Below are positions 28,765 through 37,613 of a stretch of 50,738 nt of DNA, in pieces. This DNA is from Burkholderiales bacterium. GTDB lineage: Bacteria; Pseudomonadota; Gammaproteobacteria; Burkholderiales; Burkholderiaceae_D. Every line of letters begins with the position of its first letter. The stretch's first letter is position 1. A program made the translations under genes and the position numbers. The stretch spans positions 1 to 50,738 of the forward strand of contig JBBRRW010000001.1 in assembly GCA_038245975.1 (NCBI GenBank), written 5' to 3'. The notes under the pieces are model-generated. The model searched no databases. It worked only from the letters and a program-made list of their open reading frames with translations, and was not told the DNA's origin.

Positions 28765-30813
28765 ATGAGCGAGATCATCTGGCGTCCATCCCCCGAGCGC
28801 ATCGAACGCGCGCAGGTCACCGCCTATCGCGCGTGGCTGCAGGAAACGCGCGGCCTGAGCTTCGACGGCTACGAGGCGCTGTGGCAATGGTCGGTCGATT
28901 CGCTCGAGGACTTCTGGCAATCGATCTGGGACTACTTCGGCTTCACGTCGCCGACGCCTTACGGCCGCGTGCTGGATCGTCACGTGATGCCGGGCGCGAA
29001 GTGGTTCGACGGCGCCACGCTCAACTACACGGCCGAGGTGTTTCGCAACGGCCACGGCGGTCGCCATCACGACGCCACGGTGCGTCCGGCGATCGTCTTT
29101 CGCGACGAGCTCGGCGACCAGCCCGACCTCGCGTGGCCCGAACTGGAACGCCGCGTCGCGTCGCTCGCGGCGACGCTGACCGCGGCCGGGGTCGTCGCCG
29201 GCGATCGCGTGGTGGCCTACCTGCCGAACGTGCCCGAGACCATCGTCGCGTTCCTCGCGGTGGCCAGCATCGGCGGCGTGTGGTCGGTGTGCGCGCCCGA
29301 CATGGGACCGGTCGGCGTGCTCGATCGCTTCCGTCAGATCGAGCCGAAGGCGCTGATCGCATGCACCGGCTATCGCTACGGCGGCAAGATCTACGACCGC
29401 GCCGACACGGTCGTGGGACTGCTGGAGGACCTGCCGACGGTGCACACCGCGATCGTGCTGTCGCCGGTGGACCGCGACGCATTGCCCGCGGCAGCGCTGG
29501 CGGCGCGGCTGCCCGCGCATGTCGCGCGCTGCCTCGACTGGTCCGACTGCATCGCCGCCGCCGACGCACAGCTCGCCTGCACGCTGCTGCCGTTCGACCA
29601 TCCGCTGTGGATCGTCTATTCGAGCGGCACGACGGGCACGCCGAAGGCCATCGTCCACGGCCACGGCGGCGTGGCGCTGGTCGGTATCAAGGACACGCGG
29701 CTGCAACTCGACGTGGCACCGACCGACCGCTTCCACTGGTACTCGAGCAGCGGCTGGATCATGTGGAACTCGCAGGTCGGCGCGCTGCTGTGCGGCGCCA
29801 CGGCCTGCCTCTACGACGGCAACGCGGGGTCGCCCGACTGGAACCCGCTGTGGCGCTACGTCGCGGAACGGCAGATCGATTTCTTCGGCGCCGGTGCGGC
29901 GTTCTACGCGTCGTGCCTGAAGGCCGGCGTCGAGCCGGGTCGCGACTTCGACCTGTCGCGACTGCGATCGCTCGGCTCGACCGGCTCGCCGCTGTCCGAA
30001 GACGGCTATCGCTGGATCTACGGCCACGTGAAACCGGAGGTCTGGCTCAGCCCGATCTCGGGCGGCACCGACCTCGCGGCCGCGTTCATCTGCGGCTCGG
30101 TGATCCTGCCGGTACGGGTCGGCGAGATGCAGTGCCGCGGTCTCGGCGCGGCGGTGTACGCGTTCGACGAGCAGGGCAATGCGCTGGTCGACGCGGTCGG
30201 CGAACTGGTCTGCACCGAGCCCATCCCGTCGATGCCGCTGTACTTCTGGAACGACGAAGGCGACCGGCGACTGATCGAGAGCTACTACGACACCTATCCC
30301 GGCGTGTGGCGCCACGGCGACTGGATCCGCTTCATCCCCCACGCCGAGGACGACGGCAGCGCATCGCTGGTCGCGGTGATCTACGGCCGCTCCGATGCGA
30401 CGATCAATCGACACGGCATCCGCATGGGCACGGCCGAGCTGTATCGCGCCGTGGAGGCGCTGCCGGAAGTGCTCGACAGCCTCGTGGTCGACCTCGAATA
30501 CCTCGGCCGCGAATCGTGGATGCCGTTGTTCGTCGTCCTGCGCGAAGGCCATGTGCTCGACGAGACGCTGACCCTGCGCATCAACGGCGAGATCCGCAAG
30601 GCGCTGTCGGCGCGCCACGTCCCCAACGACGTCTTCGCGATCGCGTCGGTGCCGCGGACGCTGTCCGGCAAGAAGCTGGAGCTGCCCGTCAAGAAGCTGC
30701 TGATGGGCCAGCCGGTCGACCGTGTCGTGAACCGGGACGCGATGGCGAACCCGGAAAGCATGGACTGGTTCGTCGTGCTGGCGGCGCGACGGGCGGGAAC
30801 GGCGCCGGACTGA
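28765..30813 (+). CDS. Acetoacetate--CoA ligase
   Basis: IWRPS, WF.GA.LNY, YSSGTTG.PK.IVHGHGG, GWIMWN, STGSPL, SGGTD, WRHGD, GRSDATINR.G.R.G and SGKK.E. Confidence 0.9.
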   Translation: MSEIIWRPSPERIERAQVTAYRAWLQETRGLSFDGYEALWQWSVDSLEDFWQSIWDYFGFTSPTPYGRVLDRHVMPGAKWFDGATLNYTAEVFRNGHGGRHHDATVRPAIVFRDELGDQPDLAWPELERRVASLAATLTAAGVVAGDRVVAYLPNVPETIVAFLAVASIGGVWSVCAPDMGPVGVLDRFRQIEPKALIACTGYRYGGKIYDRADTVVGLLEDLPTVHTAIVLSPVDRDALPAAALAARLPAHVARCLDWSDCIAAADAQLACTLLPFDHPLWIVYSSGTTGTPKAIVHGHGGVALVGIKDTRLQLDVAPTDRFHWYSSSGWIMWNSQVGALLCGATACLYDGNAGSPDWNPLWRYVAERQIDFFGAGAAFYASCLKAGVEPGRDFDLSRLRSLGSTGSPLSEDGYRWIYGHVKPEVWLSPISGGTDLAAAFICGSVILPVRVGEMQCRGLGAAVYAFDEQGNALVDAVGELVCTEPIPSMPLYFWNDEGDRRLIESYYDTYPGVWRHGDWIRFIPHAEDDGSASLVAVIYGRSDATINRHGIRMGTAELYRAVEALPEVLDSLVVDLEYLGRESWMPLFVVLREGHVLDETLTLRINGEIRKALSARHVPNDVFAIASVPRTLSGKKLELPVKKLLMGQPVDRVVNRDAMANPESMDWFVVLAARRAGTAPD

Positions 30814-31148
30814 TGCCGCTGCGCGTGCCCGGCCGCACCGGCCGCGCTCGTCAGGCGCCCTCCGCGCCAGGCCGTGTCGGACATCACCGTCCGCGCGGGG
30901 CCCGTCGGCGTCGCGAAGGCACTCCTCGCCAGCGCGATCTTCGCCGGTGGACACCGAGCGGGGAGCGACAGGTCGGCAGTGGTTTCGCTGCGGAAGGTCA
31001 GGCTTGTCCTCTCTCAAGATTCGTGCGGGACCGCCGATAGCTCCTCACCGGGCGTGTATTTGCCGCCTTCATGGCGACGAAACCGGACTCGAGAACCGTT
31101 TGTCCTCCCGCGCCGAACCGGGTCGCCCACCGTCTCCGCCGATCCTTC

Positions 31149-33584
31149 ATGCTTCCTTCGTCTCCATCCGAGCAAGCCCCGCCACCGGCGCCGGTCCGGA
31201 GCCGGTCCGCCGCCTGGCGGCATGTCCGGGCCGGATTCAGGACGAGGCTGACCGATTCGGGCCTCCAGCAACTCAACATCCGCTGGCGCTTCCGCCTCGT
31301 GGTGCTGGCCTTCGGGATGCCCTTCCTCGCCTATATCGTCTGGTCGGCGGCGCAGCAGGCGATGCTCGAGAAGGAACACGTCCGCGATCGTGCGCGGGCC
31401 AATGCCACGCTGGTCGCGGCGCGCTTCGAGGATCACGTCGAGCAGGTCGATCGATTGCTGGCCACGGTCGCCCGGTCGGTCGGCGTGCGTCTCGCCGATG
31501 TCCCGGCCATCACGTCGCTGCTGCAGAGCATGCGCAGCTACGTGCCGAGATCGGTGGACAACATCGCCGTCTGGTCGCTCGCGGGCGAAAGCGTCGCGTC
31601 GCTCGATCGACGGTCCGCGACGCGCGCCGTCAACGTCGCCGATCGCAAGTACTTCCTCGAAGCGATCGCGAAACGCGACCTCGCGTTCGAGGGGCCGATC
31701 CGCTCGCGCGCGACCGGCCTGGACATCATCCAGTTCGCCCGCCCGGTGTTCAACGAGCACGACGAGGTCGTCGCGGTCATCACGATGGCGATCCGCTCGG
31801 CCGAGATGATCGACCAGCTCGATCCCGATGGCCGCATCACCGACATGGCGCTGGTAACGGTGATCAGCGACGGCGGCACGATCGTGTCGCGGTCGATGGA
31901 GCCGGAGCTGTACGTCGGCAAGCAGGTCGCGAACCTCGATCAGCTCACGCTCGCGTTCTCGAGGCGCAGCGGCACGCGCGAGGAGGTCGGCATCGACGGC
32001 CAGGCGCGCCTCGCCGGCTATGCCGTGGTCGCCAGGTGGCCGTGGATCGTCATGGTCGGGGAGCCGATCGAGAAGGTGATCGGCCCGGTCAGCGACCGCC
32101 TTCTGCAGAACCTCGGCATCGGGCTCGGCATCTTCGCGCTCGCATTGCTGATCGCCGGACGCGTCGCAGCGTGGACCACGACGCCGCTGGTGCAGCTGGC
32201 GGCAGACGCCACGCGCCTCGGCGGCGGTGAGCTGTCGCATCGCAGCACCGTCGTCACCGGCGGCGAGATCGCCACGCTGGCGGCGAACTTCAACCGCATG
32301 GCCGCCGCGCTCGAGAGCCGCGAGATCGCGCTCGCGGCCAGTCGCACACAACTGCGCGCGATCGCGGACAACATCCCCGAGCAGATCACCTATGTCGATC
32401 TCGACGAGCGCTATCGCTTCGTCAATGCGTACCCCGGACCGTTCAAGAACATCGCGCCGGCCGAGATGATCGGCCGCACGGTTCGGGAGGTACGCGGCGA
32501 GACGGTCTACCAGGCGATCCTGCCGGCGCTCCGGCGCGCCTTCGCGGGGGAGACCCACAGCGCCGAGAAATCGGTGATGGTGGACGGCGGCATGGCGCAC
32601 TTCTGGGTCAACTACGTCCCCGACTTCGACGACGAGCACCGGGTCAAGGGCGTGTACGCGTTCGCGCAGGACATTACCCAGCGCAAGACTGCCGAGCTGC
32701 TGCAGATCGAGAGCGAGAAGCGTCTCGTCACGATCACCGACAACATGCCGGCGATGATCTGCTACGTCGACGAGAGCCGTTGCTTCCGCTTCGCCAATCG
32801 CGCGTTCGAGAAGTGGTTCGCGCGGCCGCTCGACGAGGTCATCGGCCAGCCGTTCGACCGCATGATGCCGCCCGAGCTCGCGGCCCAGTACGACTATTGC
32901 TTCCTGCGCGGCATGCAGGGCGAGGCGATCGAATACGAGCTGCAGATCCCGTCGCGCGACCTGGGGCCGCGCTGGTTGAAGTGCGCGTTCATCCCCGACA
33001 TCGACGAGGCGACCGGCAAGACGCGCGGCGTGTACGGGATGATCCATGACGTGACGAAGGCCAAGGAGGCCGAGCAACGGTTGACCCGGCTCGCGCAGTT
33101 CGACGCGCTGACGGGACTGGCCAACCGGCACCAGTTCAACGAGACCTTCGAGCGCGTGCTGGCGCAGAACGATCGCGACACGCTCCCGGTCGCGCTGATG
33201 TTCCTCGACATCGATCGCTTCAAGGAGGTCAACGACCGCCACGGCCACGGCAGCGGCGACCTGCTGCTGAAGGAATTCGCGCATCGGCTGGCCGACTGCG
33301 TGCGGCCCACCGATGCTGTCGCGCGTCTCGCCGGCGACGAGTTCGTGGTGCTGCTCGAAGGCATGCACAGCGACGACGAGCCGCAGTTCATCGCGCGCAA
33401 GATCATCGCCGCGGTCGAGAAGCCGTTCATGCTCGACGAGCAGTTCGTGCGCGTCACGGCCAGCATCGGCATCGCGATGCGGGCCCATGCAAGCGAACCC
33501 GCGTCGGTCCTGATGAAGCGGGCGGACGAGGCGCTCTACGACGCCAAGCGTTCCGGTCGCAATACGTTCCGGATGGCGAGCTGA
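31149..33584 (+). CDS. Membrane diguanylate cyclase (dCache-HAMP-PAS-PAS-GGDEF, AGDEF variant)
   Basis: Two TM segments around a Cache-like domain (DRKYF), HAMP (GEIATLAANFN.M), two PAS domains, DALTGL.NR, RPTD I-site and RLAGDEF. Start could be 31071. Confidence 0.88.
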   Translation: MLPSSPSEQAPPPAPVRSRSAAWRHVRAGFRTRLTDSGLQQLNIRWRFRLVVLAFGMPFLAYIVWSAAQQAMLEKEHVRDRARANATLVAARFEDHVEQVDRLLATVARSVGVRLADVPAITSLLQSMRSYVPRSVDNIAVWSLAGESVASLDRRSATRAVNVADRKYFLEAIAKRDLAFEGPIRSRATGLDIIQFARPVFNEHDEVVAVITMAIRSAEMIDQLDPDGRITDMALVTVISDGGTIVSRSMEPELYVGKQVANLDQLTLAFSRRSGTREEVGIDGQARLAGYAVVARWPWIVMVGEPIEKVIGPVSDRLLQNLGIGLGIFALALLIAGRVAAWTTTPLVQLAADATRLGGGELSHRSTVVTGGEIATLAANFNRMAAALESREIALAASRTQLRAIADNIPEQITYVDLDERYRFVNAYPGPFKNIAPAEMIGRTVREVRGETVYQAILPALRRAFAGETHSAEKSVMVDGGMAHFWVNYVPDFDDEHRVKGVYAFAQDITQRKTAELLQIESEKRLVTITDNMPAMICYVDESRCFRFANRAFEKWFARPLDEVIGQPFDRMMPPELAAQYDYCFLRGMQGEAIEYELQIPSRDLGPRWLKCAFIPDIDEATGKTRGVYGMIHDVTKAKEAEQRLTRLAQFDALTGLANRHQFNETFERVLAQNDRDTLPVALMFLDIDRFKEVNDRHGHGSGDLLLKEFAHRLADCVRPTDAVARLAGDEFVVLLEGMHSDDEPQFIARKIIAAVEKPFMLDEQFVRVTASIGIAMRAHASEPASVLMKRADEALYDAKRSGRNTFRMAS

Positions 33585-33718
33585 CCGTAGCGCGATTCGT
33601 CGATCCGCTCGTCGACACGCTCGCGTTTCTACCAGCGGCGGCACGGCGCGAAGTGCGGCAGAATCGGGCACGACCGCGGCCTGCCGGAGCCGTGGCGATG
33701 CCACTTCCAGGAGACTCC

Positions 33719-34876
33719 ATGAACGGTTCCATCCGCGCGGCCTCGGTCGCCGCCTGTCTTGTCGCGTGTGCCGTGGCGACACCGGCGATCGCGCAGATCA
33801 AGATCGGCGTCACGGTGTCGTCGACGGGCCCGGCCGCGGCACTCGGGATTCCGGAGAAGAACGCCATCGAACTGCTGCCGCGGACCATCGGCGGCAAGAC
33901 GGTCGACTACATCGTGCTCGACGACGCGTCCGACACCACGACCACCGTCACCAACGTGCGCAAGCTGATCAGCGAGGACCGGGTCGACGCGATCATCGGG
34001 TCCACCACCACGCCGAACTCGCTGGCGATGCTGCCGGTGCTGGGTGAAGGCAAGACCGTCGCGATCACGCTGGCCTCTTCGTCGCGCATCGTCGAGCCGA
34101 TGGATGCCAACCGCGCGTGGATGTTCAAGACGCCGCAGTCCGACGTGATGATGGCCACGGCGATCGCCGAGAACATGAGCAATGCCGGCGTGAAGTCGCT
34201 AGCGTTCATCGGCTTCAACAACGCGCTCGGCGAGGCCTTCTATACGGAGGTCGCCAAGTACGCCGAGATCAAGGGCATCCGGGTCGTCGCGAGCGAGCGC
34301 TTCTCGCCGACCGACACCAGCGTGACGGGTCAGATCCTCAAGATCGTGGCGGCCAACCCGGACGCAGTCGTGATCGGGGCATCGGGTTCGCCGGCCGCGA
34401 CCCCGGTGCGGGCGTTGCGCGAGCGCGGCTTCAAGGGCCGCATCTATCACAACCACGGCGTCGCCAGCCGCGAGTTCCTGCGCGTCTGCGGCGCCGACTG
34501 CAACGGCACCTTCCTGCCGACCGGGCCGGTGATGGTGGCGTCGCAGTTGCCGGACACCAACCCGGTCAAGAAAGCGGCGGTCGAGTTCGTGAAGAAGTAC
34601 GAGACGAAGTTCGGGGCCGGCAGCGTGGCGGCGTTCGCGTCGTATACGTGGGATGCGGGCCTGCTGTTGCAACGGGCGATCCCCGAAGCCCTGAAGAAGG
34701 CGCAGCCGGGGACGGCGGAGTTTCGCGCGGCGTTGCGCGACGCGATCGAGGCGATCCGCGACGCGCCGTCGACGAATGGGGTCGTGAACATGAGCCGGAC
34801 GGATCATCTGGGATTGGATCAGCGGGCTCGGGTGATGGTGGAGATCAGGGCGGGGGAGTGGCGATATCTGCCTTGA
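33719..34876 (+). CDS. ABC transporter substrate-binding protein, paralog of 17797..18978
   Basis: AGGAG RBS, signal peptide, IKIGVT.S.TGPAAALGIP, TIGGKTVDYI.LDD and FKTPQSD. Collinear with the first SBP. Confidence 0.9.
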   Translation: MNGSIRAASVAACLVACAVATPAIAQIKIGVTVSSTGPAAALGIPEKNAIELLPRTIGGKTVDYIVLDDASDTTTTVTNVRKLISEDRVDAIIGSTTTPNSLAMLPVLGEGKTVAITLASSSRIVEPMDANRAWMFKTPQSDVMMATAIAENMSNAGVKSLAFIGFNNALGEAFYTEVAKYAEIKGIRVVASERFSPTDTSVTGQILKIVAANPDAVVIGASGSPAATPVRALRERGFKGRIYHNHGVASREFLRVCGADCNGTFLPTGPVMVASQLPDTNPVKKAAVEFVKKYETKFGAGSVAAFASYTWDAGLLLQRAIPEALKKAQPGTAEFRAALRDAIEAIRDAPSTNGVVNMSRTDHLGLDQRARVMVEIRAGEWRYLP

Positions 34877-34921
34877 GGTGTGGGACTTGTTCTTTCGTTG
34901 TGAGGTGACGATTGCCCTCGT

Positions 34922-35182
34922 GCCGGGGGGCACTCACCCTCTTTTGTCGTCACCAAAAGAAGGTAAGCGAAGAAAAGGCAGCCTCCGACCGGGGATCCTT
35001 CAACGTCAACGTCAAGACCAACTCCCACCGCCGGTCACATCACCAGCCACGCAACGCGAACCCTTCGCCCATCGGGGACCCTGCGACTGACTGTGTCAGT
35101 CGCGGGGCAGCAGCGCGGGATCCGCCTTCTTTGGTTCTTGGCGGCTCAAGAAAGGAACTGGCCCGCCGGGGCCACTCCCGGC
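34922..35182. mobile_element. Degenerate MITE/REP-like palindromic element between convergent genes
   Basis: Left arm gccggggggcactcaccctcttttgtcgtcaccaaaagaaggtaagcgaagaaaaggc and right arm gccttctttggttcttggcggctcaagaaaggaactggcccgccgggg are imperfect inverted copies. Each has an internal hairpin (CTTTTG-N7-CAAAAG; TTCTTG-N6-CAAGAA). Internal caacgt short repeats at 35001-35022. Confidence 0.6.
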
Positions 35183-35268
35183 CAGCAGGTCGTCCCACAG
35201 CAAGAGAGACGATCGAGCAACAGACGCTTTCATTCAAGGCCGAGCGCCCAAGCGCGAACAATGCGTCG

Positions 35269-35835
35269 CTACCCGTTCAACCGGCTATGCGCCGGCAGCA
35301 TCGCCGTCAGGTAGTCCATCTGATCGGCCAGGATGTTGCGGCCCGACAGCAGGAAGTGCTCGTAGCGGCAGGGCGCATACGGCAGGTAACGCAACGGCAT
35401 GTGCGCTTCTTCCGGCGTCTTGGCGCCCTTGCGGTGATTGCAGAAGCGGCAGGCCGCGACCACGTTCATCCACGAATCCTTGCCGCCCCGCGAGCGCGGC
35501 AGGATGTGGTCGCGCGTGAGCTTGTCGCGACCGAAGGACTCGCCGCAGAACGCGCACACGTGGCGGTCGCGCTTGAACAGCAGGTCGTTGCGGTCGCCGA
35601 GCGGCGGATAGGCCAGCGCCTTGGCCGCCATGATGTCCGAGCGCGCGATCGCGATGATCGGCGCGGACTCGATGATCGACTGGATGCCGGCGCGGTTGTA
35701 GCCGCCGTGGAAGATGACGACCGGCTCTCCGATCGACCAGGCCACCTTGCCGGTGGCGTTGTAACTCACCGCTTCCTCGGGCGAGAGCCAGCGAAACGGT
35801 TGACCTGCAATGTCGAGTCCGAGGATGAGCAACAT
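35269..35835 (-). CDS. HNH endonuclease
   Basis: LFKRD...CAFCG, LTRDHILPRSRGG..SW.NVV.AC..CN.RKG.KTPEEA. Confidence 0.92.
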   Translation of the reverse strand: MLLILGLDIAGQPFRWLSPEEAVSYNATGKVAWSIGEPVVIFHGGYNRAGIQSIIESAPIIAIARSDIMAAKALAYPPLGDRNDLLFKRDRHVCAFCGESFGRDKLTRDHILPRSRGGKDSWMNVVAACRFCNHRKGAKTPEEAHMPLRYLPYAPCRYEHFLLSGRNILADQMDYLTAMLPAHSRLNG

Positions 35836-35842
35836 GCATCGA

Positions 35843-35848
35843 ACTGTA
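35843..35848 (-). promoter_or_regulatory. Putative -10 element (TACAGT) for a leaderless HNH transcript
   Basis: TAnnnT hexamer 7 nt upstream of the ATG at 35835, with no Shine-Dalgarno sequence. Confidence 0.35.
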
Positions 35849-35932
35849 ATGCAAAATCCATGACGATTCCACGAAAGCCGCGAACCGCGCGGCTTTCCGG
35901 CCATCCGGCGAACGGCAGGCAGTCGGACCGGG

Positions 35933-36847
35933 TCACGATGCGGCGGCCATCGCGGGCGCCTTGCGGTTCACTAGCGCGATGCCGACGGCGATGAACAGCA
36001 TCGCGACGATCAGGCGGATGCCGATCGTCTCGCCGAGGGCCAGTGCCGCGAACAGCAGGCCGAATACCGGTGTGAGGAACGAGAAGGCCGACAGCCGCGT
36101 GGCCGGGTAATGGGTCAGCAGCCAGAACCACGTGAGATAGCTCGCGAACGCCACCACGACCGACTGGAACGCGATCGACGCCCACGCCCACGCCGGCACG
36201 CCAGCCGCCGGCCAGTGCTCGTGCGCGGCCAGCGACGCGGCGAAAAGCATCACGCCCGACACCGCGAGCTGATAGAACAGGGTCTTCTCGGGTGCAGCCG
36301 TCGCGAGGCGCGTCGTGCGGATCACCAGCGTCGTCGATCCCCACAGGACGGCCGCAAGGATCGACAGCCCGTCGCCCATCCATTGCGTGCGTGCCGGCGA
36401 CGTGAAGCCTTCCTGGAACGCGTACGCGAGCGCGGCGAAGGCACAGGCCATCCCGAGGGTCTGCAGCAGCGACAGGCGCTCGGCGGGCACGAAGCGCGGC
36501 AACAGCAACGCGACGACGAACGGGGCCATGTAGATGAAGACCGACACCCGCGACGCGTCGGTCAACGGCAACGCGGCATAGATGCACAGGAACTCGAGCC
36601 CGAACAGCAGCCCGGCCGCCAGCCCCGGCACCAGCGTGCGATCGCGCCCGAACAGCGCGATGCCGCGGGTTCGCGACCATCCCCACACGAGCGCCGTACC
36701 GATCGTGGAGCGGATCGCCGCCTGCAGGAAGGGCGGCAACGCGGGCAGCGTCGCCTTGACGACGACCTGCTGCAGACCCCAGAGGATGCAGCAGGTCAGC
36801 ATCAGGCCGATCGCGACGCCGTCGAGATGCGTATGGCGCCGGGTCAT
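35933..36847 (-). CDS. DMT/EamA family transporter
   Basis: Ten TM helices in two EamA repeats; LWGLQQV..K, LTP.FG...A...LGE. Confidence 0.9.
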   Translation of the reverse strand: MTRRHTHLDGVAIGLMLTCCILWGLQQVVVKATLPALPPFLQAAIRSTIGTALVWGWSRTRGIALFGRDRTLVPGLAAGLLFGLEFLCIYAALPLTDASRVSVFIYMAPFVVALLLPRFVPAERLSLLQTLGMACAFAALAYAFQEGFTSPARTQWMGDGLSILAAVLWGSTTLVIRTTRLATAAPEKTLFYQLAVSGVMLFAASLAAHEHWPAAGVPAWAWASIAFQSVVVAFASYLTWFWLLTHYPATRLSAFSFLTPVFGLLFAALALGETIGIRLIVAMLFIAVGIALVNRKAPAMAAAS

Positions 36848-36857
36848 CGGGAGGCGC

Positions 36858-37469
36858 TCAGCTTTTCAGCACGCCCGCATCGCGCATCGCCGCCTGCACG
36901 GCGGGACGCGCGGCGACGCGGTCACGATAGGCGACCAGGTTCGGCCACGCGCTCAGGTCGACCTTCACGAACGCGGCCCAGCGCAGCATCGTGAACAGGT
37001 AGCCGTCGGCCGACGTGAAAGTGTCACCCATCAGCCACATGCGGTCGCCGAGCTTGCCGGCGATGAACGCGAGACGCCGGTCGAGGTCGGCGCGCAATTC
37101 GCCTTTCACGTCGTCGGCGAAGTGAGCGAACTTGAAGAGCGGGTAGAAGCGCTGATGGAGTTCGGACGTCAGGTAGTTGAGCCACTCGAGCTCGCGATAG
37201 CGGTCCATCGTGCCCGCGGGCGGCAGCAGGTCGCTGCCGGGCTTCAGGTCGGCCAGGTATTGCAAGATCACCGGTCCTTCGGTCAGCAGCGTGCCGTCGT
37301 CGAGCTCGAGCACGGGCACCTGGCCGCGCGGATTGACGGTGGCGTAGTCGCTGCCATCGGGCAGCTTCTTCTGGTTGTCGACCAGGATCTTCGTGTAGGG
37401 CATGCCCAGTTCGTGCAGCGTGATCTGGACGGACAGCGAGCAAGCCGACGGCATGTAATAGAGTTTCAT
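36858..37469 (-). CDS. gstA: Glutathione S-transferase (beta class)
   Basis: GGAG RBS, MKLYY.P.ACSL, NP.GQVP.L, LTEGPVI.QYLAD, SELH and F..ADGYLFT. Confidence 0.9.
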   Translation of the reverse strand: MKLYYMPSACSLSVQITLHELGMPYTKILVDNQKKLPDGSDYATVNPRGQVPVLELDDGTLLTEGPVILQYLADLKPGSDLLPPAGTMDRYRELEWLNYLTSELHQRFYPLFKFAHFADDVKGELRADLDRRLAFIAGKLGDRMWLMGDTFTSADGYLFTMLRWAAFVKVDLSAWPNLVAYRDRVAARPAVQAAMRDAGVLKS

Positions 37470-37613
37470 CCTGTCTCCGGAAGGTTGGTCGCACGATCGT
37501 CGTCGCCGGCAACGCGCCGGATGACCGTTCGCACCGCGCGTGCTGCAGGACACTAGACGGGGAGCGATTGTATTTCAGCGGTCCGCGACGTCGCGCGACC
37601 CTCACGAAAGCCG

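Noticed and set aside
30874-31251. 125-aa ORF between the CoA ligase and the cyclase
   Set aside because: No RBS or motif, atypical composition, and it overlaps the cyclase start.
34912-35314. Short ORFs across the SBP-HNH gap, and caacgt repeats as a possible CRISPR array
   Set aside because: The ORFs derive from the palindromic element. The repeats are 6-mers with no repeat-spacer periodicity and there are no cas genes.
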